DNA from: Paramicrosporidium saccamoebae KSL3
Taxonomy: Eukaryota > Fungi > Cryptomycota
Length of the DNA stretch: 31,734 nt
Direction of reading: 5' to 3'
Assembly: GCA_002794465.1 (NCBI GenBank)
Contig: MTSL01000125.1
Coordinates: 21,648 to 53,381 of the forward strand
In this document: positions 19,837 through 29,458 of the stretch, one piece after another
Layout of the letters: every line of letters starts with the position of its first letter
Position numbering within the stretch: the first letter of the stretch is position 1
Made by a program: the position numbers and the translations under genes
The notes under the pieces: generated by a model
Told to the model about the DNA's origin: nothing
What the model saw: the letters and a program-made list of their open reading frames with translations, nothing else
The model's database searches: none

Positions 19837-20559
19837 ATGAAAAAGACAAATAGAGCTCTTATCTGCAGAGTCTTTCTTGTAATTCTCGGAATCTCGGCTG
19901 TATTTGGAGCAATTCAAAGTACTTGCAAGGAGAGCGGGGATGTAGCATTGACATTTGATTTCGGTCCTGGTCCATTTACTGGCAAACTCTTGGACATTTT
20001 GTTGGAGAGAAAGATACCGGCTACTTTTCATGTCACCACGGATCTCTTCCGCAATCTAACCCTCACTGAATATGTTCGGAGAGCTCATAATGAGGGACAC
20101 ACTATTGGAATTTTTATACCAGAGTCTCCGGTCTGGGCGGCCATGGACGAGTTCCCGGAAGACGATCCCGTGTTTACCTCTGGTATTATTCAGCAAATTA
20201 CAATTGCATCCAACTGGATCACTTCCATTACAGGAACACAGCCGAGATATATTCGATTCGGAAGCAAGAAGCATATCCCTCTTCAGCTACGCAGAACCAT
20301 TGAACAGCAACTTGGACTCACAGTGACAAAGCCAAAGACGGAAATCCGTGACGAAAGCAACAAGATGGACTCTATCTGGAACTCGCTATCCAAAGGTCTA
20401 CTTAATAGCGATCCCAAAGTGAACTCTTTTATTCTAAGACAGCGCGACACTATGCCAAATTCCGTCGCCAGCGTTGAAAAGATTGTTGAATTTCTAACCG
20501 AAAAAGGATACAACATTGTACCGCTGACCACGTGCGTACCACCACGTCAGCCGAAATAA
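19837..20559 (+). CDS. Secreted NodB/CE4 polysaccharide (chitin) deacetylase homolog, probably catalytically inactive, 240 aa
   Basis: Signal peptide MKKTNRALICRVFLVILGISAVFG; VALTFDFGP, IPATFHV, AHNEGHTIG, KGYNIVPLTTC. The ORF-track start at 19630 lies in the simple repeat. Confidence 0.85.
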   Translation: MKKTNRALICRVFLVILGISAVFGAIQSTCKESGDVALTFDFGPGPFTGKLLDILLERKIPATFHVTTDLFRNLTLTEYVRRAHNEGHTIGIFIPESPVWAAMDEFPEDDPVFTSGIIQQITIASNWITSITGTQPRYIRFGSKKHIPLQLRRTIEQQLGLTVTKPKTEIRDESNKMDSIWNSLSKGLLNSDPKVNSFILRQRDTMPNSVASVEKIVEFLTEKGYNIVPLTTCVPPRQPK

Positions 20560-20657
20560 ATTAGCCATTGTGAGAGCCAGAGTGTAACATGGTGGATTAA
20601 TTGTTTGAGGACAGTGGGGATTTTCACCCATGCTATCCCAAGAGACCAAGATTAGCT

Positions 20658-20812
20658 GTGAACAGTGAGCAGTGAACAGTGAGCGGTGAGCGGTTAGAGG
20701 GTTTTCTCACCGTTTCTCACCGCTTCTCAATGCTTCTCACTGCTTTTTACTGCTTCTCACCGCTTCTCAATGCTTCTCACTGCTTTTTACTGCTCCTCAC
20801 CTGGCTTTTTAC
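20658..20812. repeat. 7-bp repeat (CAGTGAG/CAGTGAA/CGGTGAG, 20658..20695) followed by ten 10-bp units (TGCTTCTCAC, 20701..20800) with a 40-bp higher-order duplication
   Basis: 20721..20760 and 20761..20800 differ at one base; the two arrays share the CAGTGAG/CTCACTG motif on opposite strands. Confidence 0.9.
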
Positions 20813-20982
20813 ACTACGCACCATTTAGCCATGTTTTACGGGGTGGTACAGTACCCTACGTACAGCCATCAAGAGTTGATTTTATTAAATATCGTCTTCC
20901 GATCATTCCTTAAACTCACCCTGGCCCCACATATGCTTGGCTTGCACTAATGTAAATTCGATAATTCTTAACTCGCGGCAAT

Positions 20983-23900
20983 ATGCTTGTCAAATTCGAG
21001 TCGAAAAGCAACCGAGTTAAGGGGGTGGCGTTTCATCCAAAGCGTCCTTGGCTGCTTTCTTCACTTCACAATGGGGCGGTACAGATTTGGGATTACAGAA
21101 TGGGAACCTTGGTGGACCGTTATGACGAGCACGAGGGTAGTGGGCGTGGCAGTGTTATAACTTTTAGGACCGGTTCGTGGCTGTGCCTTTCATCCCACTC
21201 AGCCCATTTTTGTAACTGGTGGGGATGATGGAAAGATTCGCGTGTTCAATTATCAACAGCGACGTTGTCTTTTCACCCTCACTGGCCACATGGATTACAT
21301 TCGCACAGTCTTTTTCCACAACGAGGCGCCATGGATTGTGAGTTCTTCTGACGACCAAACGATTCGCGTGTGGAATTGGCAGTCTCGTGCATGTTTAGCG
21401 GTCCTTACAGGACATAGTCACTATGTCATGTGCGCCCAATTCCACCCTTCGGAGGATATGATTGTGAGTGCTTCCCTTGACCAAACCATTCGTGTCTGGG
21501 ACATTGGGTCTCTTCGTCGCAAGCACTCATCTCCGGCCACAAGTCCATACGATGACCATGGAGCGCGGGTTCCCAGTCCGAGGGCCAGTCAAATTGACTT
21601 GTTTGGTGCGCCCGAAGGCCAGGTCAAGTTTGTCTTGGAGGGCCATGACCGCGGAGTCAACTGGGTCCAGTTCCATCCATCCAAGCCAATCATTGTCTCT
21701 GGATCTGACGACCGGTCTGTCAAGCTGTGGCGCTACAATGAGACTCGTGCCTGGGAGACTGACACTTTCCGCGGCCACTTTAACAACATTTCGTGTGTCA
21801 TGTTCCATGCTCAGTCCGACTTGATTATCAGCAATTCTGAGGACAAGTCGATTCGGATTTGGGATTACACGAAGCGTGGATCCCAGCCGATTGTGCAGCG
21901 TCGCGAATCGGATCGCTTTTGGATTCTCGCCGGACATCCATCGCTCAACCTCATTGCTGCTGGCCATGACAATGGTCTGATGGTATTTAAGCTGGAACAT
22001 GAGCGTCCCTCCTATTGCGTCTTTGAAGAGAATCAGCTCTTTGTTCTCCGTGACCGAACAGTCGTTTCTGTCGACTTGAATGGCGATGAACGAGGGGCAG
22101 AAAACTCGCAAAGTCCAATTATCAATTTGGATCACAAAGTCACCCCGCCTAGCTGTTTGGTGCACAGTGTTGCAGACAATTCCTTGTTACTGTCGTCTCG
22201 AGGAGAGGCTGCCTCCTATGAATTGTTCTCAGCTCGGGGCGGCTCAAGCGACTCGTTGCGAAAGGGACCAGGCGAATCGGCCGTCTTTGTCGCTCGTAAT
22301 CGGTTTGCAGTGTTGGACGAACAGCAAGTACATATCAAAGCCCTAGATAACACTGTTTACAAAACTATTGCATGCGAAAATGCTGAGCGAATTCTGTCCT
22401 GTCCTCCTGGGTCTTTCCTTCTCGTCTCCAAAGAGGATGTGCGGCTTTATGATATCCAGCAGGACAAATTTGTCGCGGAATCCAAATTGGCTGACATTAA
22501 ATACTGCGTCTGGTCATCCGATTCCACCAGCTTAGCCTTGTTTGGCTCCCATGTTCTCTATGTTGTTGACCGTCGCACGCTGGCAGTCAAGTCTACTGTT
22601 CGGGACACGATCAACATCAAGTCTGCTGTTTGGGATGCTCGCGGAATCCTTTTTTTCACCAACTCTCACCATCTCAAATATTTGCTACCTAATGGCGATG
22701 TTGGCGTGGTTTGCACTGTTCAGGCCCCTCTCTATCTCATCCGCGTCAAGGGAGACACTATTGCAGCTCTGGATAGATCCTGTGCTGTGCATCATTTTAA
22801 AATTGATCCTACAGAATTCCTGTTCAAGCTTGCCCTTTGGCAAGGTGACCAGCCCACTATTTTGCACATGATTGAGCACGGTAACTTGATGGGTCAGTCC
22901 ATCATTTCCTATCTTCGACAGAATGGATATGCAGAAATTGCCCTCGGCTTTGTTCAAGAGCCCATTACCCGCTTTGAGCTTGGAATAGAGTGCTGCGACT
23001 TGGAGTGTGCCTACGAGGCCGCGGAAAAGATTGAGAGCGACGACATGTGGAATCGTCTCGCTGACGAGGCAATGATGATTGGAAACTTTATCCTGGCTGA
23101 AAAGTGTCTCCGTCGGGTAGGCAACCACAGTCGCCTGAGTTTCTTGCATCTTCTCACTGGAAACGTGCCCAAGCTTCAGAGTGTAACGGATGAGGTGCGA
23201 GTAAAGGGCGACTTTAATACGCGCATTCAGAATGACCTGTTCCTTGGAGATAATGTGGATCTCGCCAATGCCCTTGTTGATGCCAAAGTTCCATCGTTGG
23301 CTTATCTGGCCTGTAAAAGCTCTGGACTAGAAATTGAGGGCCAGGACATTTTGGATCGCTTCTGTCGCGACAAGAATAATGCCCATTCTCTCCCAGTTGG
23401 ACGAATTGCCCAAGTCGAGCCCCTGTTCCGCCAGTCAGAAGCATGGCCTTTGAGCGCGGATCCGGTAAAGAACAAGATTGCCTTGACCCGCAAGACACCC
23501 ATTTCCCGCAACCCCACCGCCGCCAATGACGATTTGGGCGAGTTGTTGCAAACGGCAGCCTTCCCTGCCAGTGGCGGGTGGGATCTTGAAGAGACTGGCT
23601 TGGAATTGGAATTGGACGATATTCCATCGCCTAGTGCCGATGCCGACTTTTCTAATGTTGTCGAGGATGGGTCGTGGCCGCAACCTGGGAACGCAAATAG
23701 GGACCTGCTGTCCATGGCCAGTTCTATTCCGTACCACTATTTGGCCACTGGTCAAGTAGAGAGTGCCCTTTTATTGATGAAGGAGCAATGTGGAATTGTC
23801 AACTTTGCCCCGCTCGAGTCAATGGTAATGAGATGTCTTCAGGGCAGTTCGGTGCAGATTGAGGGATTTACTCAGATCAACTTGAGCTCTATATGCCAGA

Positions 23901-24598
23901 CTGAAAAAGAGGGTCATGCGGCATCCAGACCCCGACCAGTCTTTACCTTTGAGCTGATGAAGCAGGAATTTGACGCTGCCTTGCAATTAACAACCACTGG
24001 CAAGTTTTCTGAAGCAGTCAAGCTGTTTGAAAATGTTCTCCTGTCATGCCTCTTTACGGTCGTCTCTACAGATGAAGAGGATGAGTTTTTAGAAATTAAG
24101 TCAAAGTGTCGCGAATATCTTTTGGGTCTTCGCATGGAGCACTTGAGAAAGGAGCTTCTTGGCACCGACGAGGCTCGCTCCTTGGCTCTTGCGTGCTATT
24201 TTGCCAGCTGCGATCTACGCAATGACCACCGAATTCTAGCGCTTCGATCGGCACTGACCCAGGCTTACAAGCAGCAGTGCATTGCATTGTCATGTACGCT
24301 CGCTAAACGACTACTCCAGTGCTCTCCACCCGAGGCCACTGCGCTCCAGGCCAGAAAGATTATTGGACTCGGCGAACGATTACCGCTTAACCACGCCGAT
24401 CCAATTGCCATTAGTTTGGGCGATGACAGCGCTCCCATAATCATTGACGCGAGAGACATTGTTCCTCTGGATTCAAAATACATTGAATGTCCGTTCTGTC
24501 AGGCAAAGTACCGCACCGAATACCATGCAAGTGTCTGTACCGTATGTAATGTTGCCTCTATCGGGGCAGATGGAACTGGACTTGTTTGCTGCGAATGA
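20983..24598 (+). CDS. COPA: Coatomer subunit alpha; join(20983..21136,21168..24598), 1194 aa
   Basis: [23 protein letters not shown]; intron 21137..21167 (31 nt) restores HEGPVRG; WD40 repeats, [19 protein letters not shown]-terminal CPFC...CTVC. Confidence 0.97.
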
Positions 24599-24951
24599 AT
24601 TATACTAGGTTCCTGAATAAAAGCCTTGTCCGAGAGCATGGTGTGTGTGATGTGTCAAAGCTTGACTATAGGGCTTGAATACTCTAGGTGATTTTACGGA
24701 ATGTCAGCCTCGCCATAAGCAAAGTTAATTATTGAGCGCATTTTATAAGGGAGAGCAACTGATCTGATTGTGGTTCTAGATAATGATCATGTGTCTTTGA
24801 CGAAGCCGGTTGATCCTTCCCCCTCCCGCGCACGACGGTAGTCTTGGTAACTTTTGTCCAATCACCACTCTATAGAGTATAGACTGTTTATTTCTGGGCT
24901 GGTCACCTACCTAGGACATATACTCTGACGTATCGCGGCTGGATAGTCATC

Positions 24952-26139
24952 ATGACCACAGATAATGAAATACTTGGACTAGTCGCTGCCTTCATCGCTG
25001 CCCTTAGCGTGTATTGGACGAATTCAGATGGCCTCAAACTTGGTCCTATCGCCGTACCTTTTGCTATTTAGCGCTGTCGACAGTGGCAACCTTTTGCGGA
25101 TCAGGTTACTTCTGCGGGAATTCCTGGCTTTCATACCTCATGAGGTCAGGGTTGGCATTAATCCCGTCCGCTGCGCTGTATTCTAGACAAATAATGGATC
25201 GCCGCAGAAAAAGAATACTTGGAAGAATGCACGTTGGACTGCGTCGCCGTACCGTCCTTGGCAGCGATCCGACATTCCTGGGTGCATTGTCGGTAAATTA
25301 TAGAATGGCCCTGTTCATTTCTTTAGGTCGCCTACCACCAATACCGGAACCTTGACGTGTCTTGCGTTCCGGATTTACCTCTAGAAACAATGAGGGATGT
25401 CTTCAATGCTAAGATCCACAGAGGCCAGTGGCTAGATATTGCAGAATTCAAGGTGGAATGCACCCGGAATCTAATGTTCTGGGAGGTGGATCGCTTTACA
25501 AAGATGGCCGGCATCCTTCTGTTTGTCGAGCCGCGAGCCGCAGCCTCATGTCGCAAATGGTTTGTCGAGCACACAATCCTGATGAGATTGTTTAGTGCAG
25601 TAGAGGGTGCCGATTTGGTAGACCTCACAAGGTATATATGGAAGAGTCAGACGTTCAGCCGTGAAATGACATGCGACTCGACTTTAGACGCCCTAGGTCG
25701 TCTGGATGATGCACATGTAAAGGCGTTATGCATCACACTGATGGATGAACATGGCACAAATCGGTGGCTGGCAGAGCAACTCTCCCCTTATGTGGTACGC
25801 TACGACAACATCCAGGCTGCGCCCGTGTCCCCAATCGAAAGCATCAAGCTAAGCTCCTGGTACGTTGAAAGTGACGCAACTGAATGCCCCTTTTGCGGGC
25901 ATAAGCCGCCGCAATCTTTTGTCCCTTGGAAGAATCCGATTGACGCAACCTGCAGACGCCTTTTTAACAGATTTTTGAAATGCGAGTTTTGTAATCTCCA
26001 CACTCCGAGTCCAACGCCAATCGAACAGACAATATCTAATGAACCAAGAAGGGGACCGATGGAGGATGAGGAGAATAGTGATGAAGTTCAAGATGGCCCA
26101 ATTGCAGACCAACACAACAGACTGCCAATCGTTCAATAA
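24952..26139 (+). CDS. Hypothetical protein, copy A of a local duplication, with a C-terminal CxxC...CxxC; 5' gene model uncertain (main exon 25327..26139, probable intron 25293..25326)
   Basis: Long ORF 25357..26139; 34-nt GTAAAT...TTTCTTTAG candidate intron; AATAAA 26135..26140 overlaps the stop; CPFC and CEFC motifs. No family recognised. Confidence 0.55.
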
Positions 26140-26211
26140 AATGGTTTTAACAAAAACGTGACCTGGACGTTACTATACTATCGCGTAACTGGGCGTCCCG
26201 TGGTACTACCA

Positions 26212-27030
26212 TTATACGTTTAAATCGCTTGGGAGAAGATTCTGCATTGACATGCAGCACGGACACGATGGACGCTTCTCCATTTCGAACCAGGCCCGTC
26301 GCATAAAGTCGTCATATAGAACTACGCTAGTTAGGGTCAGGAACAGCTCACCGTCAGGACCCTCCAGAACACACATCATTACGCCAAGTGACTTGCCTGT
26401 GCATGTCATTCCATCCAAGAACTTATTATCTTCCCATCCACGAAATTCTTGAGAGCGATAAAGGAGTGCGGTCAGTTGCATTCCCAGAATAACTCCCATT
26501 AGGAAAAATAAAATGGCAGTGATACCAAAGAAGTAGCCGATACAAAAGAGCGCAATTGATGCAGCGAGCGGGATTGCATCAGTAGATAGGGCTATGAGCC
26601 AACCCAGCCACCTTTTGTACTCTTCTTTATCTCCAAGATTGATCTGCCGTTTGTTCAGACAGAAAACTCTGTCAAACATGTTGTAATATCCCAGGGTGAT
26701 GGTGTCTAGGCTTGGATTGTCCCATACTGAATACAGAAATCCGAGATGCTTCAGGTGACCATTGTTCGTGCTGTTTTGATCATTTGGCTGGTATTTGGAG
26801 GCTTTGAAGGAACGGATCATGAAACGGTCAACGAGCCACAAGATGAGTGGATAAGAGGCGAGGCCGGTCCAGACAAATATGAAAGTTACCCTACCCCAGA
26901 TGGGGAAGAACAGGTTGGCAACATTCCATACAAAGAGCAACATTAGTAGCGCATCTGCAGCAACACTGAGGCATTGCACTAGCCGTGGAATAACTAGGCT
27001 CCCTTTGGAGGGCCTGAACGTGAGGTACAT
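26212..27030 (-). CDS. Hypothetical multi-pass membrane protein (about 4 TM), orphan
   Basis: Uninterrupted ORF; first ATG at 27030 (track start 27051 is TTG); two pairs of hydrophobic segments; Cys-rich C-terminal SCPCC. No family recognised. Confidence 0.65.
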   Translation of the reverse strand: MYLTFRPSKGSLVIPRLVQCLSVAADALLMLLFVWNVANLFFPIWGRVTFIFVWTGLASYPLILWLVDRFMIRSFKASKYQPNDQNSTNNGHLKHLGFLYSVWDNPSLDTITLGYYNMFDRVFCLNKRQINLGDKEEYKRWLGWLIALSTDAIPLAASIALFCIGYFFGITAILFFLMGVILGMQLTALLYRSQEFRGWEDNKFLDGMTCTGKSLGVMMCVLEGPDGELFLTLTSVVLYDDFMRRAWFEMEKRPSCPCCMSMQNLLPSDLNV

Positions 27031-27459
27031 CGGATAGAGACGTCGGGGCAATATAGTCGTCCAATAGAAAGAACTTTTTAATCATGTGGCATAACTATTT
27101 TTAGTATGTTGTGTAATGATTGGTCGGTGTCCTATAAGTAATCACCGTTTATAGGCGGGGAAATTTGGGGCGACTAATAGGAGAGATGGTGTTTTCTAAT
27201 AAGGCTGGATAGTTTAAAGATGATCCTAAAACCATCACATGGTAATAACAAGAATCGACTTTCAAAGCATGCATAAAGTTGCGTATTGCTGACTTGTATT
27301 GCGATGAGCCACGAGTGAATTCCGCGTGGTTGGAGAGCTACAGCCTAGAAGCAAACAAGTAAAGGTCAATTTTGTTTTCGACCTAGCTCTTTTGTAGCTA
27401 TCGCGAATCTGGCAATTTGCTGAATCTAATTAAATGTCAAATAATAGCATTTATGGTTC

Positions 27460-28235
27460 TTTGACCTGTTAATCGAATGTCATGGTTACCTAGCTTCCCT
27501 CACGACAGTAGCTTTGATAACCTTGCCTAATTACCATTTTATAGAGCATGGGGTTGTTTGTTTGTGAGTTTGCCAACTAATTGAAAAGTATGCTCGACTT
27601 AGTGCAGCTGGATAGCCAAAATAGCCACAGTCATTGAAATCCTTGGACTTGTCGCCGCCATCATCACCGTACCGTCCTTGGCAGCGATCCGACATTCCTG
27701 GGAGTATTGTCGGTAAATTATGAAAAGACCCCGTTCATTTCTTTAGGTCGCCTACCACCAATACCGGAACCTTGACGTGTCCTGCGTTCCGGATTTACCT
27801 CTTGGGGCAATGAGGGATATCTTCAATGCTAAAATCCACAGAGGCCAGTGGCTAGATATTGCAGAATTCAAGGTGGAATGCACCCGGAATCTAATGTTCT
27901 GGGAGGTGGATCGCTTTACAAAGATGGCCGGCATCCTTCTGTTTGTCGAGCCGCGAGCCGCAGCCTCATGTCGCAAATGGTTTGTCGAGCACACAATCCT
28001 GATGAGATTGTTTAGTGCAGTAGAGGGTGCCGATTTGGTAGACCTCACAAGGTATATATGGAAGAGTCAGATATTCAGCTCCAAGATGAAGTACGGCTCT
28101 ACCTTAAATGTTTTAGAACGTGTGAGAGCGCCGTGTACCGCGCTGATGGATGAACATGGCACAAATCGGTGGGTTATAGAACACCTTTCCCCATATGTGA
28201 TGCGTAATAACAGCATCCAACTAAGCACTTGGTAC
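27460..28235 (+). repeat. Direct segmental duplication of about 24790..25860
   Basis: 25414..25651 is identical to 27834..28071; the flanks are clearly homologous but diverged. Confidence 0.9.
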
Positions 28236-28259
28236 ACTGCGCACCTCCCTGTCATCTAG
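27621..28259 (+). pseudogene. Copy B of the duplicated orphan gene; 5' ATG appears as ATA and the C-terminal Cys motif is absent; possible pseudogene or truncated paralog
   Basis: Aligns to 25247..25860 at offset 2420. The aligned position of ATG 24952 reads ATA at 27621. Stop at 28257..28259, before the CxxC region. Confidence 0.5.
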
Positions 28260-29458
28260 ACTTTTCAACTTTTCAGACTTGCTTGGCGAAAGTTGGGATT
28301 AATGGAAGATGTAGGTCACCTACTGTTTACGTCGCAGCGGATGGTTTATTTACATGAAGCACGCTAGTGATTGACACGGGAGTTGTCAATGTGATGCTTC
28401 CCCCATGGAATAATGTCAAAACTGGGCAAATATCTTGGCGGAACTGCATTATGGGCGCATTGAAATGTCTAGACCCGCAAGAGCATATATGATCAGTAAG
28501 CTACACCAGTACTTTTCAAGCATCTATAGCGGTGTAGCGACTATAGATGTCTAAAAATTATTGGTGTAATATAGTCGTGATGTAACGGATTGAATACTTG
28601 AGAATAATCCTTTAGTTTGAAAGGAACATGCTTACATGATAGAGCAGAATTTGAGGTGTAGACTACAATTGGTACTTTGCCTAATTGATTGGTCTATCAC
28701 GGAGGTAACTAAAGTGTATAATTAGCAAATGTGGCGCTATGCGCCTCCAAAAAGACAGGCTTCAATCTCCATGGATAGGCTCATGGCGTGTTACGTGTAC
28801 GGTTTGAATATTCTTAAATGGCTAACAAGGCTGTAAAAGCTAGAAGCATTAGTGTGCTCACGTGGATTCTCGAGCAAGATTCATTGGGGCATCCATTGAA
28901 AGAAATCGTCTTGAAAAGACTGAAAAGATGACGTAAAGATGTAAAGTTGTCGACTTGGGTGCTTAGAAGCAGACGTGATTACCTTTCAGGCTGGGAAATT
29001 TTGATGCAATGGGGCCATCATAATCGAGCTCCAGAGATGGTGTACAAGGTTAGAATGTACCAAGCAGAGCAAAGACTCGCCCAAGATGACGGAAGCAACT
29101 AATGTCCAAAATTTGATCATATTGTGGGCTAGCATACCTGTAGTAAAGGTTGTTTATTAATCGCTGTTTGAGATGAATGTTGGACAGGTGTAATCAAGGC
29201 TTCGTACTGTGAGAATGTCAGCTGTCCACAATAGGTGACTGTGCGGGCCTGTAAAGTCGTGTAACGATATTCTTTATTTAAAGTACGATCAGAGGGGGAA
29301 AGCCGCATGACAAAGGACGGTCTATATTTAACAAAACAAGCCCTCGTTAAGCGTGTTAGATGGTGAGTTTCTGCACGCAGGTCGTTGCGTCATCATGTAA
29401 CATTTAGTAAATATCGGCATGGATCGACCAATCACAAGCTTGTAAAATTAATATCTAG

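Noticed and set aside
3275-23755. Numerous 100-210 aa antisense or alternative-frame ORFs (e.g. 3275..3826, 4686..5159, 12915..13334, 21527..22165, 22685..23149)
   Set aside because: They fully overlap well-supported genes, mostly start at GTG/TTG, and show no recognisable motifs.
24999-25247. 249-bp extra segment in copy A as a transposon
   Set aside because: No terminal inverted repeats, poly(A) tail or coding similarity; the 4-bp flanking repeat is equally explained by a microhomology deletion in copy B.
28550-28560. Minus-strand AUUUUUA next to the pseudoknot as a -1 frameshift signal
   Set aside because: The spacer is only about 2 nt (5-9 is typical) and no overlapping long ORFs exist.
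28860-29040. KVVDLG and HNRAPE fragments as a protein-kinase pseudogene
   Set aside because: They are in different frames separated by stops, with no HRD or Gly-loop support; indistinguishable from chance without a tblastn or HMM search.
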